From positions 1-56,154 of the forward strand of contig JAZKZZ010000005.1 of the NCBI GenBank assembly GCA_045612885.1: a DNA stretch of 56,154 bases, in the 5' to 3' direction. The notes under the pieces were generated by a model. The model ran no database searches. It was not told the origin of the DNA and saw only the letters and a program-made list of their open reading frames with translations. Each line of letters begins with the position of its first letter. Positions within the stretch are counted from its first letter, which is position 1. This document shows positions 29,769 through 39,301 of this stretch, in pieces. The stretch comes from Bacilli bacterium. Lineage in GTDB: Bacteria; Bacillota_I; Bacilli_A; RFN20; DUOF01. A program made the position numbers and the translations under genes.

Positions 29769-30428
29769 ATGAAAAAAGGACTAATTGTGTTATCAATGTT
29801 TATCTGTTTATTATCTGGGTGTAATAAGACAATAGAGGAGAAAGAAAGTAATCAGATAGTTATACCAACAAAAGCTAATTCTTTGGATAATTTTCCTAGT
29901 GAATCTACTATTAATACTATGAATTTAGATCAATACATGTTTAGGGAGGATGTTCAATATGTAGATTTAAGAAGCATGAAAATGATAGCTAATGAGGGAC
30001 ATGTAGCAGGTTTTGAATTCATACCATTTTATTCACTTATTGCATCTTTTACTGAGGGAACAACATTGTATCAAATGAAGGGACAATATAATGACAAAGG
30101 AGAATTTGTTTCGGGTGGTCAAGTTGGCGGATTTGTTGCGCAATACAAGGAATCAAAAAGAATAGTAGAAGCTTTATTTTCAAAAGATAAATATATATTT
30201 TTGATATCTCAAGGAGGTTCAGAGTCAAGTTATATGATAAATTTGTTGATACAACTTGGTTATGATGGAAATTTATTATATAATGTAGGTGGAGTTATGA
30301 ACAATGAAGGAATCCCAAGTTACTCAAGTATTAAAACTAATAAATATTTTGTTCAAGGACATGGTGATTTAAATATGAAAGTTAGTTATGATTTTATGAA
30401 TGAATTAACTCCAATAACAAATAATTAA
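29769..30428 (+). CDS. lipoprotein with catalytically degenerate rhodanese-homology domain
   Basis: Lipobox LLSG|C. Paralogous to the previous gene (IFLISQGGSESSYMINLLIQLGYDGNLLYNVGG versus LFLMCASGGRVVWLMDILELNGWDMTKIYNVGG), but Cys->Ser and Arg->Glu in the active-site loop. Confidence 0.65.
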   Translation: MKKGLIVLSMFICLLSGCNKTIEEKESNQIVIPTKANSLDNFPSESTINTMNLDQYMFREDVQYVDLRSMKMIANEGHVAGFEFIPFYSLIASFTEGTTLYQMKGQYNDKGEFVSGGQVGGFVAQYKESKRIVEALFSKDKYIFLISQGGSESSYMINLLIQLGYDGNLLYNVGGVMNNEGIPSYSSIKTNKYFVQGHGDLNMKVSYDFMNELTPITNN

Positions 30429-30445
30429 TATAAGGAGGAAAGTGT

Positions 30446-31309
30446 ATGAAAAAATTATATAAATTATTAGCAGGATTTTTAACTTGTGTTCTAGTTTTCG
30501 CTGGTGTTGCTTGTAAAAAAGGAGATGATGGTTCATCTACTGATTCAGGAGCTGGATGTGGAAGTGGAACAATGACTTTAGAGGAAATAAATAAGTATTT
30601 AAACGATAAAGATGAATTTGATATGTCAAATGCAGTTGCATTAATTCCATTTGCACATATAAATGGCCCTCAAAAAATATGGGACTTTTATGCTTTAATT
30701 AATTATGTTTATACTAACAGACCAGATGGTTATGTAAAATATCAAGTTACATATTTATCATGTACATGTAGAACTGCAGATGTTAACTATTGGCAAACTG
30801 CATATGTTGAAATTACAATACCTGAAAGTGGTAATGTTGAAGATGCTGTTTTGAAAACATTATCATTTGATAAAGATATTCAAGATTCTGATTTAGCTCC
30901 TGGAGACACTAATTACACAGCAGGTTTCTGGGGAGATTCAAGTCCAATTTTTGATGAAGCAACTCATACTGTAAAATTCACTACTTACGATAAAGTAGAA
31001 GTTCAAGAAGGCGATAAATATCGTGAACACACAAGTGATACAGAAACAGAAAAATATTATTTAAATAAAGAAGATGGAAAATTCTATTTCCCTAGTATGA
31101 AATATGATTTTATTCCTAAATTAATTGGAATGAACCAAGCTGAAATTCATAAATATGCTTCTGTTAAAGATTCTAATGGTGCTTTACTTACTGATGGAAT
31201 ATTTACTCAACGTGAATATGATCAATTCCACGGTTCTTCAGTTTCAACACATAATATTATAAGAATTTTAGATTCATTATTTAAATATCACGTAGATACA
31301 TATTTATAG
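30446..31309 (+). CDS. lipoprotein with divergent FMN-binding-like C-terminal module
   Basis: Lipobox AGVA|C. RBS AAGGAGG lies 18 nt after the previous stop. The C-terminus DQFHGSSVSTHNIIRILDSL aligns with DVVTGATTTSNRVLEAVLAA of the first lipoprotein. Confidence 0.55.
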   Translation: MKKLYKLLAGFLTCVLVFAGVACKKGDDGSSTDSGAGCGSGTMTLEEINKYLNDKDEFDMSNAVALIPFAHINGPQKIWDFYALINYVYTNRPDGYVKYQVTYLSCTCRTADVNYWQTAYVEITIPESGNVEDAVLKTLSFDKDIQDSDLAPGDTNYTAGFWGDSSPIFDEATHTVKFTTYDKVEVQEGDKYREHTSDTETEKYYLNKEDGKFYFPSMKYDFIPKLIGMNQAEIHKYASVKDSNGALLTDGIFTQREYDQFHGSSVSTHNIIRILDSLFKYHVDTYL

Positions 31310-31330
31310 GGTAAACTCATTCATAAAATC

Positions 31331-31360
31331 AAAAGATGTAACAAATGTTACATCTTTTTT
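31331..31360. terminator. strong bidirectional terminator between convergent genes
   Basis: AAAAGATGTAAC-AAAT-GTTACATCTTTT with a T-run. Confidence 0.85.
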
Positions 31361-32796
31361 ATTTCATATATCACTTCATAATCAAATATATTTTTGTGGT
31401 ATTTAGAATGATTTGTTTTCAAATATTCTTCAATATCATTTATTTCCTTTAACCCTCCATTATGTCTAGAATAACCAATGATAATGATTTTACCATCGTT
31501 GTTTAAGAGCGTATATGCTTTTTTTATTGCTTGTATTGTAGTATAGCTATTAGTAGACACTTTTTTATCACTACCTGGTAAGAATCCTAGATTAAATAAT
31601 ACTAAATCTATTTTTTCTTTTACATATTTATCTAAGTTAGAGTGACTATCATGAATAATTGATATATTGTTTAAATCTTTTAATCTTTCTTTACTTCTTT
31701 TTATTGCTAATTCTTGAATATCAAATGAATATATATGTTTAAATAAGTTAGATAAAAACAAAGTATCATAGCCATTACCTAAAGTAGCATCAATAGCAAT
31801 TTTATTATGATCTGCAAAATTACTTATTAATTTGTGAGAATACTCTACCGATTTAGATAGAGTTTGTTTTTCTAATGCTTTGCCTTGATAGGTATTTCTT
31901 TTTACCATTTCTTTATCTATATCGTTTAATAATTGAGTTTTATTAGTATTCCAATTAGGAGCAATTAATTCCTCTTTTAATGGATCTGAAGTTAATCTTT
32001 GAATTATTATTTCAGGACGTAATACTTCTAGTTGTTTTATAACTGTATCTATGTATTCATCTTTTGTTTGTAAAGGGAAAGGGTTTTGTAAATATTGATT
32101 ACCCCATAAAGATTCTTTTATGATGCTTAGCGAGTGTATCTTAATGCCTTGAATATCTAGTTTATTTAGTTCTTTACATGTGTTTATCATAGATTCTTGA
32201 GATTCATCCTTTAATCCATTAATAATATGAACAGTTACATTGATATCTTCTTTTCTTAATGCATTAACTCTATCGATAAATAGGTTATTATCATAGCCTC
32301 TATTGAATGATTTTGCTATTTCTTCATTGAATGTTTGTAGTCCTATTTCTACCCATAAATCTTTTCTTTTATTAATAGAAGATAAATACTCAATAATATT
32401 ATCATCTAAGCAATCAGCACGAGTGGCAATTGAGATCACTTCAATATCCTCTCTATTTATAAATGGCTCATAAATTTGTTTTAGTTTTTCTATGCTTCCA
32501 TACGTATTAGAAAAGGCTTGAAAATACGCTATAGATTTAGCTTTTGGCCATTTTAATTCCATGATTTTTTTGATTTTTTCAAACTGGATAGAAAGCGTAT
32601 CATTTACATCTCCACCATTTTCTCCAGCACCATAAACACTACAAAAAGCACATCCATTATAACCCTTTTTTCCATCTCTATTAGGACAAGAAAAACCAGC
32701 ATTTAAAGATACTTTAAAAACTTTACTATTATATTTATTTTTTAAATAGTAATCAAAAGTGTGATATCTCTTATTAGTGTTAGAATACTTAAACAT
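31348..32796 (-). CDS. fusion protein: TIGR01212-type radical SAM enzyme (YtqA-like) plus YtqB/MnmM-like SAM-dependent methyltransferase
   Basis: N-terminal CPNRDGKKGYNGCAFCS cluster motif and about 300-aa radical-SAM body. The C-terminal ~170 aa carry DATLGNGYDT, FDIQ and FNLGFLPGSDK, typical of the putative rRNA/tRNA methylase YtqB family. Confidence 0.8.
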   Translation of the reverse strand: MFKYSNTNKRYHTFDYYLKNKYNSKVFKVSLNAGFSCPNRDGKKGYNGCAFCSVYGAGENGGDVNDTLSIQFEKIKKIMELKWPKAKSIAYFQAFSNTYGSIEKLKQIYEPFINREDIEVISIATRADCLDDNIIEYLSSINKRKDLWVEIGLQTFNEEIAKSFNRGYDNNLFIDRVNALRKEDINVTVHIINGLKDESQESMINTCKELNKLDIQGIKIHSLSIIKESLWGNQYLQNPFPLQTKDEYIDTVIKQLEVLRPEIIIQRLTSDPLKEELIAPNWNTNKTQLLNDIDKEMVKRNTYQGKALEKQTLSKSVEYSHKLISNFADHNKIAIDATLGNGYDTLFLSNLFKHIYSFDIQELAIKRSKERLKDLNNISIIHDSHSNLDKYVKEKIDLVLFNLGFLPGSDKKVSTNSYTTIQAIKKAYTLLNNDGKIIIIGYSRHNGGLKEINDIEEYLKTNHSKYHKNIFDYEVIYEIKKM

Positions 32797-32858
32797 TTAT
32801 TTCACCTGTATTAAATAATATCACAATTTTTGTTATACTTAAATAGGTGATAGAAATT

Positions 32859-33395
32859 ATGAAATATTTAGTAATTAGTGATATACATGGAAGTAGTAAA
32901 TTTTTGAAATTAGCATTAGAAAATGTAGAAGATTATGACAAGATTATATTACTTGGAGATATTCTTTATCATGGTCCAAGAAATAAAATTCCAGATGGTC
33001 ATAATCCTATGGAAATAGTAGAAATATTAAATGGTTTGAAGGATAAGATTATAGCGGTAAAAGGTAATTGTGATGCTAAAATTGATCTTAAATTATTAGA
33101 CTTTAATATTGAGAATAAAATATGGTTAAATATAGATGATAAGTTAGTATTTCTTAGTCATGGAGATGAATATAATAAGGATATAATTCCATGTAAAAGA
33201 AGAAAGTATACTATATTACATGGACATACGCATATTAATCAAATTATTGAGGTTAATAATAAAGTGAAAGTCGTAAATATCGGATCTACATCTTTACCTA
33301 AAGATGGCCATCATAGCTATGGGGTTATAGAAAATGGAATAATAACAAGTTATGATTTAATAACTAATGATAAAATTATAGAAACAAGTTTGTAA
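32859..33395 (+). CDS. YfcE/MJ0936-family metallophosphoesterase
   Basis: LVISDIHGS, GDILYHGPRN, GNCD and HGHTH motifs. AGGTGA lies 8 nt before ATG-32859. Confidence 0.8.
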   Translation: MKYLVISDIHGSSKFLKLALENVEDYDKIILLGDILYHGPRNKIPDGHNPMEIVEILNGLKDKIIAVKGNCDAKIDLKLLDFNIENKIWLNIDDKLVFLSHGDEYNKDIIPCKRRKYTILHGHTHINQIIEVNNKVKVVNIGSTSLPKDGHHSYGVIENGIITSYDLITNDKIIETSL

Positions 33396-33401
33396 AATAG
33401 G

Positions 33402-33422
33402 GGAATCATTGATTCCTTTTTT
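33402..33422 (+). terminator. intrinsic terminator
   Basis: GGAATC-ATT-GATTCC followed by TTTTTT. Confidence 0.6.
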
Positions 33423-33529
33423 ACATATAACCATGAGATGATTAACTATAATAATAGATATTTAATTATAAGATTTGTATTTTAATACAAAAGAATGTAA
33501 AATAATAGAGTTGGAAGGAAGATTATATT

Positions 33530-34357
33530 ATGGGAAAACTAGTTATTAATAACTTAGAAGTAAGTGTAGAAGATAAGAAGATTCTTAAGGGAATTAATTT
33601 AAATATAAATGATGGTGAGATACACGCTCTTATTGGGCCTAATGGTCATGGTAAGTCTACATTATTAAACGTAATTATGGGACATCCTAAATATTGTGTT
33701 AATAGTGGTAGTATAACTTATAATGATGAAGATGTTTTAAGTATGAGTGTAGATAATAGAAGTAAGAAAGGAATATTTTTAGCCATGCAACATCCAATGG
33801 AAATAAGTGGAGTTAAAAATATTGATTTCTTAAAGGGTGCTATTAATGCAAGAAATGAAAAACCTATTAGTTTATATAAGTTTATTAAAGAAGTAGAGAA
33901 TGTTAGTAAAGAAGTAGGTTTTGACTCTAATTTGATATCTAGAAATCTAAATGAAGGATTTTCTGGAGGAGAAAAGAAAAGAAATGAAATTTTGCAAATG
34001 AGATTATTAAATCCATCCCTAGCTTTAATTGATGAGATCGATTCAGGTCTTGATGTAGATGGGTTAAATATGATTGCTAGTGCGATTAATAATAGTAATA
34101 ATGGTGAATTTAGTGCTTTAATTATTTCCCACTATTCTAAACTTTATACGCTTGTTAAACCTACACATGTCCATATTATTGTAGATGGAAAAATAGTTAC
34201 TAGTGGAGATTATAAACTTATTGAAAGAGTAGACAGAGAAGGATATTCTTGGATTGAAAGAGAATATGGTGTATCTATAACAAAAGAAGAAACTAAAAAA
34301 GTTGTAAGTTTAGGAACTTGTGCTGTAAAGGAAAGTATTGGACATGGAAATAATTAA
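33530..34357 (+). CDS. sufC: Fe-S cluster assembly ATPase SufC
   Basis: Walker A GPNGHGKST, signature FSGGEKKR and Walker B LALIDEIDSGLD. First gene of the suf cluster. Confidence 0.93.
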   Translation: MGKLVINNLEVSVEDKKILKGINLNINDGEIHALIGPNGHGKSTLLNVIMGHPKYCVNSGSITYNDEDVLSMSVDNRSKKGIFLAMQHPMEISGVKNIDFLKGAINARNEKPISLYKFIKEVENVSKEVGFDSNLISRNLNEGFSGGEKKRNEILQMRLLNPSLALIDEIDSGLDVDGLNMIASAINNSNNGEFSALIISHYSKLYTLVKPTHVHIIVDGKIVTSGDYKLIERVDREGYSWIEREYGVSITKEETKKVVSLGTCAVKESIGHGNN

Positions 34358-35093
34358 TATTGATAAGGATTGTAAGATAGTGTTAGATACACAAGCAAAT
34401 GAAGTTGAAATTAATATAAATAAGTGTAAGGTTATAATTAGTGATATTTCTTCTTCAAATAAGGTTATAAATGTTAATGAAGGAGAATTAGATTATTGCT
34501 ATATAAAAAAGAATGGTAACCTAAATAGGCATGTTATTAATGCAAGTGAAAGTGAAGTTAAAGTTAGAGTTATAGATTTGTATAGTAATAGTAGTGAAAA
34601 TAAATATCTTATTAATATGAATGATGAAAATAGTTATGTTGATTTAAGCATTGCTAGTATAAGTAAGAAAAACGTTAAAAAAGAATATAAGATTAACACT
34701 AACAACAACGTAAGAAATACAGGGGTTAAAATAGATTGCTTTGGAATAGTAGAAGATAATAGCAGTTTAAGTTATGATATTACTTCTTTTATTAAAAAAG
34801 GTGCTAAACAATCTAGAGTTAATCAAAATAGTAAAATCTTGTTATTTGATAAAGAAAGTATAGGAATTAATAATCCTGTACTTGAAATAGAAGAAAATGA
34901 TGTTAAAGCTAATCATGGTTCTAGTATAGGAATGATTGATGAAGAGACTTTATTCTATTTAACTAGTAGAGGCATTAAAGAGAGTGATGCTAGAAATCTT
35001 GTTAGCATAGGAAGAGTTAATTATCTTATTGAAGAAGTAAAAGATGAAAGAATAAAAGAAGAATTATTAAAAGAAGTTTTGGAAAGGGTGTGA
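34344..35093 (+). CDS. sufD: Fe-S cluster assembly protein SufD (short form)
   Basis: Position between sufC and sufS. C-terminal SufBD-type beta-helix and helical tail (ANHGSSIGMIDEETLFYLTSRGI). ATG-34344 follows AAGGAAAG. Confidence 0.7.
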   Translation: MEIINIDKDCKIVLDTQANEVEININKCKVIISDISSSNKVINVNEGELDYCYIKKNGNLNRHVINASESEVKVRVIDLYSNSSENKYLINMNDENSYVDLSIASISKKNVKKEYKINTNNNVRNTGVKIDCFGIVEDNSSLSYDITSFIKKGAKQSRVNQNSKILLFDKESIGINNPVLEIEENDVKANHGSSIGMIDEETLFYLTSRGIKESDARNLVSIGRVNYLIEEVKDERIKEELLKEVLERV

Positions 35094-35097
35094 GTTT

Positions 35098-36300
35098 ATG
35101 AAAGATTATCGTAAAGATTATCCGTTTTTTAAAAATAATCCAAATACGATATTTTTTGATAATGCTGCTACAGCCTTAAAACCAAAGTGTGTAATAGATG
35201 CAGTAACTTATTACTATGAACATTTGTCTTGTAATGCTCACAGAGGTGATTATAACTTATCATATTTAGTAGATAAGGAAATTGCAAGTGCTAGAAAAGA
35301 TGTGGCGGAATTTATAGGTGCTAATGATTATGAAGTTGCTTTTGTTAGTGGTACTACAGAAGGATTAAATATGATTGCAAGTGGGTATGTATCTAAAATT
35401 ATTAATGAAGGCGATGAAATTTTAATTAGTGAATTAGAACATGCTTCAAATGTGTTACCGTGGTTTAAAATTGCTAATGATAAGAAAGCTAAAGTTAAGT
35501 ATATTACTTTAGAAGATAATAAAATTACTCTTGATGCAATAAGGAAGTCTATAACAGATAAGACTAAGGTTATATCTTTAGCTTATATATCTAATGTTTT
35601 AGGATACAAGATACCTGCTAAAGAGATAGCTAAGTTAGCACATGAACACAATATAATTTTCATTTTAGATGGAGCTCAATCTACTCCTCATATTAGAGTG
35701 GATGTTAAGGATTTAGATTGTGATTTTTATGTATTTAGTGCTCATAAAATGGGTGGCCCTACAGGAATTGGAGCTTTATATGGAAAAGAAGAACTATTAG
35801 CAGAAACAGATGCTTATACCTTGGGTGGAGGAATGAATAAGAAGTTTAGTAAAGATACTCATTATGATGTATATAACTCTGTTAGAAAGTTTGAAGCAGG
35901 TACTCCAAATATTGAAGGAATATTTGGTTTTCATGCAATTGTAAAGTATATAAATCAAATTGGATTTGATTATATTGAAAAAAGAGAAAAAGAGTTAAGA
36001 CAAAGAGCGTTAAATGGATTAAGAAAGTTAGATAATATAGTAATTTATAATGATGATTTAGATGCTTATACTATTTCATTTAATGTTAAAGATGTATTTA
36101 GTCAAGATGCTGCTAGTTTATTTAGCAAATATGATATTTGTTTAAGAGCAGGTCAACATTGTGCTAAATTAATTGATGGAGTACTTGGAACTTATGCTTC
36201 ACTTAGATGTAGTTTCTATTTTTATAATAGTGAAGAAGAAGTAGATAAATTTGTTAAAGTTGCAGCAAAAGGAAGTGATTTTTTAGATGCCTACTTTTAA
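35098..36300 (+). CDS. sufS: cysteine desulfurase SufS
   Basis: PLP-lysine motif SAHKMGGPTG and catalytic-Cys loop RAGQHCA. About 400 aa, class V aminotransferase. Confidence 0.92.
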   Translation: MKDYRKDYPFFKNNPNTIFFDNAATALKPKCVIDAVTYYYEHLSCNAHRGDYNLSYLVDKEIASARKDVAEFIGANDYEVAFVSGTTEGLNMIASGYVSKIINEGDEILISELEHASNVLPWFKIANDKKAKVKYITLEDNKITLDAIRKSITDKTKVISLAYISNVLGYKIPAKEIAKLAHEHNIIFILDGAQSTPHIRVDVKDLDCDFYVFSAHKMGGPTGIGALYGKEELLAETDAYTLGGGMNKKFSKDTHYDVYNSVRKFEAGTPNIEGIFGFHAIVKYINQIGFDYIEKREKELRQRALNGLRKLDNIVIYNDDLDAYTISFNVKDVFSQDAASLFSKYDICLRAGQHCAKLIDGVLGTYASLRCSFYFYNSEEEVDKFVKVAAKGSDFLDAYF

Positions 36301-36721
36301 GGATAATCCCCTTCTTATAAGGGAAGTTATTATGGATCATTATGAATATCCAAGAAATAAAAAGTTAAAAAATGATTCTAGTTATAAGAGAGTTAATTTA
36401 GATTCTGAATCTTGTATTGATAATATAGATTTAGAAGTTAAAATTGAAAATGGAGTAATTAAAGATATATGTTTTGATGGAGTGGCATGTACGATATCTA
36501 CAGCTTCTGCATCAATTATGTCAGAATTATTAAAAGATAAAAGTGTAGAAGAGGCTAAGCATATTATAGATAATTATTTAGCAATGCTTCATGGAGAAGA
36601 ATATGATGAGGAATTGTTGGAGGAAGCTAATGCTTTTGTTAACACTGGTAAACAAGCTAATAGGATAAAGTGTGCTACTTTATCATGGAATGGGTTAAAA
36701 GATATATTAGATAAAGAATAA
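36287..36721 (+). CDS. sufU: SufU-type sulfur acceptor/scaffold
   Basis: 144 aa, IscU/NifU-like with three Cys (SESC.., GVACTIS.., IKCATL). Located between sufS and sufB. Confidence 0.85.
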   Translation: MPTFKDNPLLIREVIMDHYEYPRNKKLKNDSSYKRVNLDSESCIDNIDLEVKIENGVIKDICFDGVACTISTASASIMSELLKDKSVEEAKHIIDNYLAMLHGEEYDEELLEEANAFVNTGKQANRIKCATLSWNGLKDILDKE

Positions 36722-36734
36722 GGGAGGTATCTTT

Positions 36735-38114
36735 ATGAAAGATGAATATCAATATGGTTTTAAAGATGAAGATGTTTCTCTTTTTAATAGTGGCAAAGGA
36801 TTAAACGAAGATGTTATTAAATTTATTTCTAAGAGTAAAAATGAACCCGAATGGATGTTAGAGTACAGATTGAAAGCATACAATTATTTTAAAGAACAAC
36901 CATTACCTAATTTTGGACCTGATTTGAGTGAAATTGATTTTAATGACTTTACATATTTTATTAAGCCAAGTGATAAAGTTAGTAATAATTGGGATGAAGT
37001 ACCTGAAAGTATTAAAAATACTTTTGATAAATTGGGTATAAAAGAAGCTGAACAAAAATATTTATCTGGCGTATCTACTCAATATGAGAGTGAAGTAGTA
37101 TATCACTCTATGTTAAAAGAAGTAGAAGAAAAGGGAATTATATTCTTAGACACAGATAGTGCATTAAGACAATACCCAGAAATATTTAAAAAATATTTTT
37201 CTACTGTAGTTCCTTATACTGATAATAAATTTGCAGCATTAAATAGTGCAGTATGGAGTGGAGGATCATTTATATATGTTCCTAAGAATACCCATCTAGA
37301 TAAGCCACTTCAATCATATTTTAGAATTAACTCTCAATCTATGGGGCAATTTGAAAGAACTTTAATTATTGTAGATGAGGGTAGTGATGTACATTATGTT
37401 GAAGGATGTAGCGCTCCAATTTATTCTAAAGATTCGCTTCATGCAGCGGTGGTAGAGATTGTAGTATTAAAGGATGCAAAATGTAGATATTCTACAATTC
37501 AAAATTGGTCTACTAATATTATCAATCTGGTTACTAAAAGAGCATTAGTAGAAGAAAATGGATTAATGGAATGGATTGATGGAAATATTGGTTCACATAT
37601 CAATATGAAATATCCTTGTTGTGTCTTGAAAGGAGATAGTGCAAAAGGAGCTTGTATTTCTATTGCAGTAGCAGGAAAAGAACAAATTCAAGATGCTGGT
37701 GCTAAAATGGTTCATATTGGAAAAAGAACTAGTTCTACTATTATTTCTAAATCCATTGGAAAACAAGGTGGAAATGTAGATTATAGAGGACTTGTTAAGA
37801 TTACTAAGAATGCTACAGGCAGTAGAAGCAAAGTAGAATGTGATACTTTATTAATAGATGATTTATCTAATAGTGATACTATTCCTACTAATATTGTTAT
37901 GAATAATAATTCAATTTTAGAGCATGAGGCTAGTGTTAGTAAGATAAGTGAAGATGAATTGTTCTATTTAATGTCTAGAGGATTAGATAAAGAAAAAGCT
38001 GCTCAAATGATAGTAATGGGATTTATTGAACCATTTGCCAAAGAATTACCTATGGAATATGCAGTAGAGCTAAATAACCTTATAAAACTCGAAATGGAGG
38101 GAAGTATTGGATGA
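36735..38114 (+). CDS. sufB: Fe-S cluster assembly scaffold SufB
   Basis: 459 aa with characteristic YGF N-terminus, [12 protein letters not shown], and [21 protein letters not shown]. Confidence 0.95.
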   Translation: MKDEYQYGFKDEDVSLFNSGKGLNEDVIKFISKSKNEPEWMLEYRLKAYNYFKEQPLPNFGPDLSEIDFNDFTYFIKPSDKVSNNWDEVPESIKNTFDKLGIKEAEQKYLSGVSTQYESEVVYHSMLKEVEEKGIIFLDTDSALRQYPEIFKKYFSTVVPYTDNKFAALNSAVWSGGSFIYVPKNTHLDKPLQSYFRINSQSMGQFERTLIIVDEGSDVHYVEGCSAPIYSKDSLHAAVVEIVVLKDAKCRYSTIQNWSTNIINLVTKRALVEENGLMEWIDGNIGSHINMKYPCCVLKGDSAKGACISIAVAGKEQIQDAGAKMVHIGKRTSSTIISKSIGKQGGNVDYRGLVKITKNATGSRSKVECDTLLIDDLSNSDTIPTNIVMNNNSILEHEASVSKISEDELFYLMSRGLDKEKAAQMIVMGFIEPFAKELPMEYAVELNNLIKLEMEGSIG

Positions 38115-39280
38115 TGACCATTACTAATTTTGAATTATTACTTAATGATTTGTTTAATAATGAATTAATTGCAAGAATTATATTTTCTTCTCCATATAAA
38201 AAGGATAAGGAATCATTTTCTAAGGTTCAACTTAATCCATATCTTAATGATGGAGAAATGAAATATCAATATACTTATTTTTTTGAAAATAGAGTAGTGC
38301 ACTCTAATCTAGAAAAAGATGATGCAATTAATGAGACTAAAACATTAATTACTAGCATCTTTAAGCAAGCTTTAATTAGTTGTAAAGATAAAGAATATCA
38401 TCTTTTAAGTAATAAGAGTGGTAAAGTTACTATTATTGAAAGAAAGATTGAAAAGAGTAAAACTGATAAACTTACTCATAATAGGGAAAAACAATATATT
38501 ATTAAAGATAATACTGTAGTTCCTTTTTTAGTAGAACTTGGAGTAATGAATATAAATGGTAAGGTATTAAACGATAAGTATGATAAGTTTAAGCAAATTA
38601 ATAGATTTGTTGAATTTGTTGATGATATTGTAGAGGAGTTTAATCCTAATAAAACTATAGATATTATTGATTTTGGATGTGGTAAGTCTTATCTTACATT
38701 TGCTATTCATTATTATCTAACCGAAGTAAAAAAACTTAAAGTGAATATTGTAGGGTTAGATTTAAAGGAAAATGTTATTAGAGATTGTAATGAAATCGTT
38801 AATAAATATAAGATGAAGGGAATTAGATTTGAAGTAGGAGATATCAAAGATTACAAGGAAAGTAATGTTGATATGGTAGTTACTCTTCATGCTTGTGATA
38901 CCGCCACTGATTATGCTCTTTATAATGCAATTGAGTGGAATGCTAAAGTTATACTTTCTGTTCCTTGTTGTCAACATGAAGTTAATAATCAAATTAAAGC
39001 TAGTAATTTAACTGGATTAACTAATTATGGAATTATTAAAGAGAGAATATCAGCGCTTATTACAGATGTAAGTAGAGCAGAATTATTATCTATAAATGGA
39101 TATAAAACACAGATTTTAGAATTTATTGATATGGCTCATACTCCTAAAAATTTATTAATTAGAGCGGTAAAAAGAAATAATAATATAAATGTAAAAAAAC
39201 ATTTAAAAGAGCTAGAAGATTTAAAGAAAGAATTCAATTACGAATTAACTTTAGAAAAGTTGCTTAAAAATAAAAATTGA
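38111..39280 (+). CDS. class I SAM-dependent methyltransferase (unknown substrate)
   Basis: Motif [13 protein letters not shown], then VGLDL and LHACDTATD. The ATG overlaps the sufB stop (ATGA). Confidence 0.7.
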   Translation: MMTITNFELLLNDLFNNELIARIIFSSPYKKDKESFSKVQLNPYLNDGEMKYQYTYFFENRVVHSNLEKDDAINETKTLITSIFKQALISCKDKEYHLLSNKSGKVTIIERKIEKSKTDKLTHNREKQYIIKDNTVVPFLVELGVMNINGKVLNDKYDKFKQINRFVEFVDDIVEEFNPNKTIDIIDFGCGKSYLTFAIHYYLTEVKKLKVNIVGLDLKENVIRDCNEIVNKYKMKGIRFEVGDIKDYKESNVDMVVTLHACDTATDYALYNAIEWNAKVILSVPCCQHEVNNQIKASNLTGLTNYGIIKERISALITDVSRAELLSINGYKTQILEFIDMAHTPKNLLIRAVKRNNNINVKKHLKELEDLKKEFNYELTLEKLLKNKN

Positions 39281-39301
39281 GGTTATTCCTCAATTTTTTT
39301 T
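39272..39301. terminator. bidirectional terminator between convergent genes
   Basis: ATTGAGG-TTATT-CCTCAAT, flanked by A-run and T-run. Confidence 0.8.
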
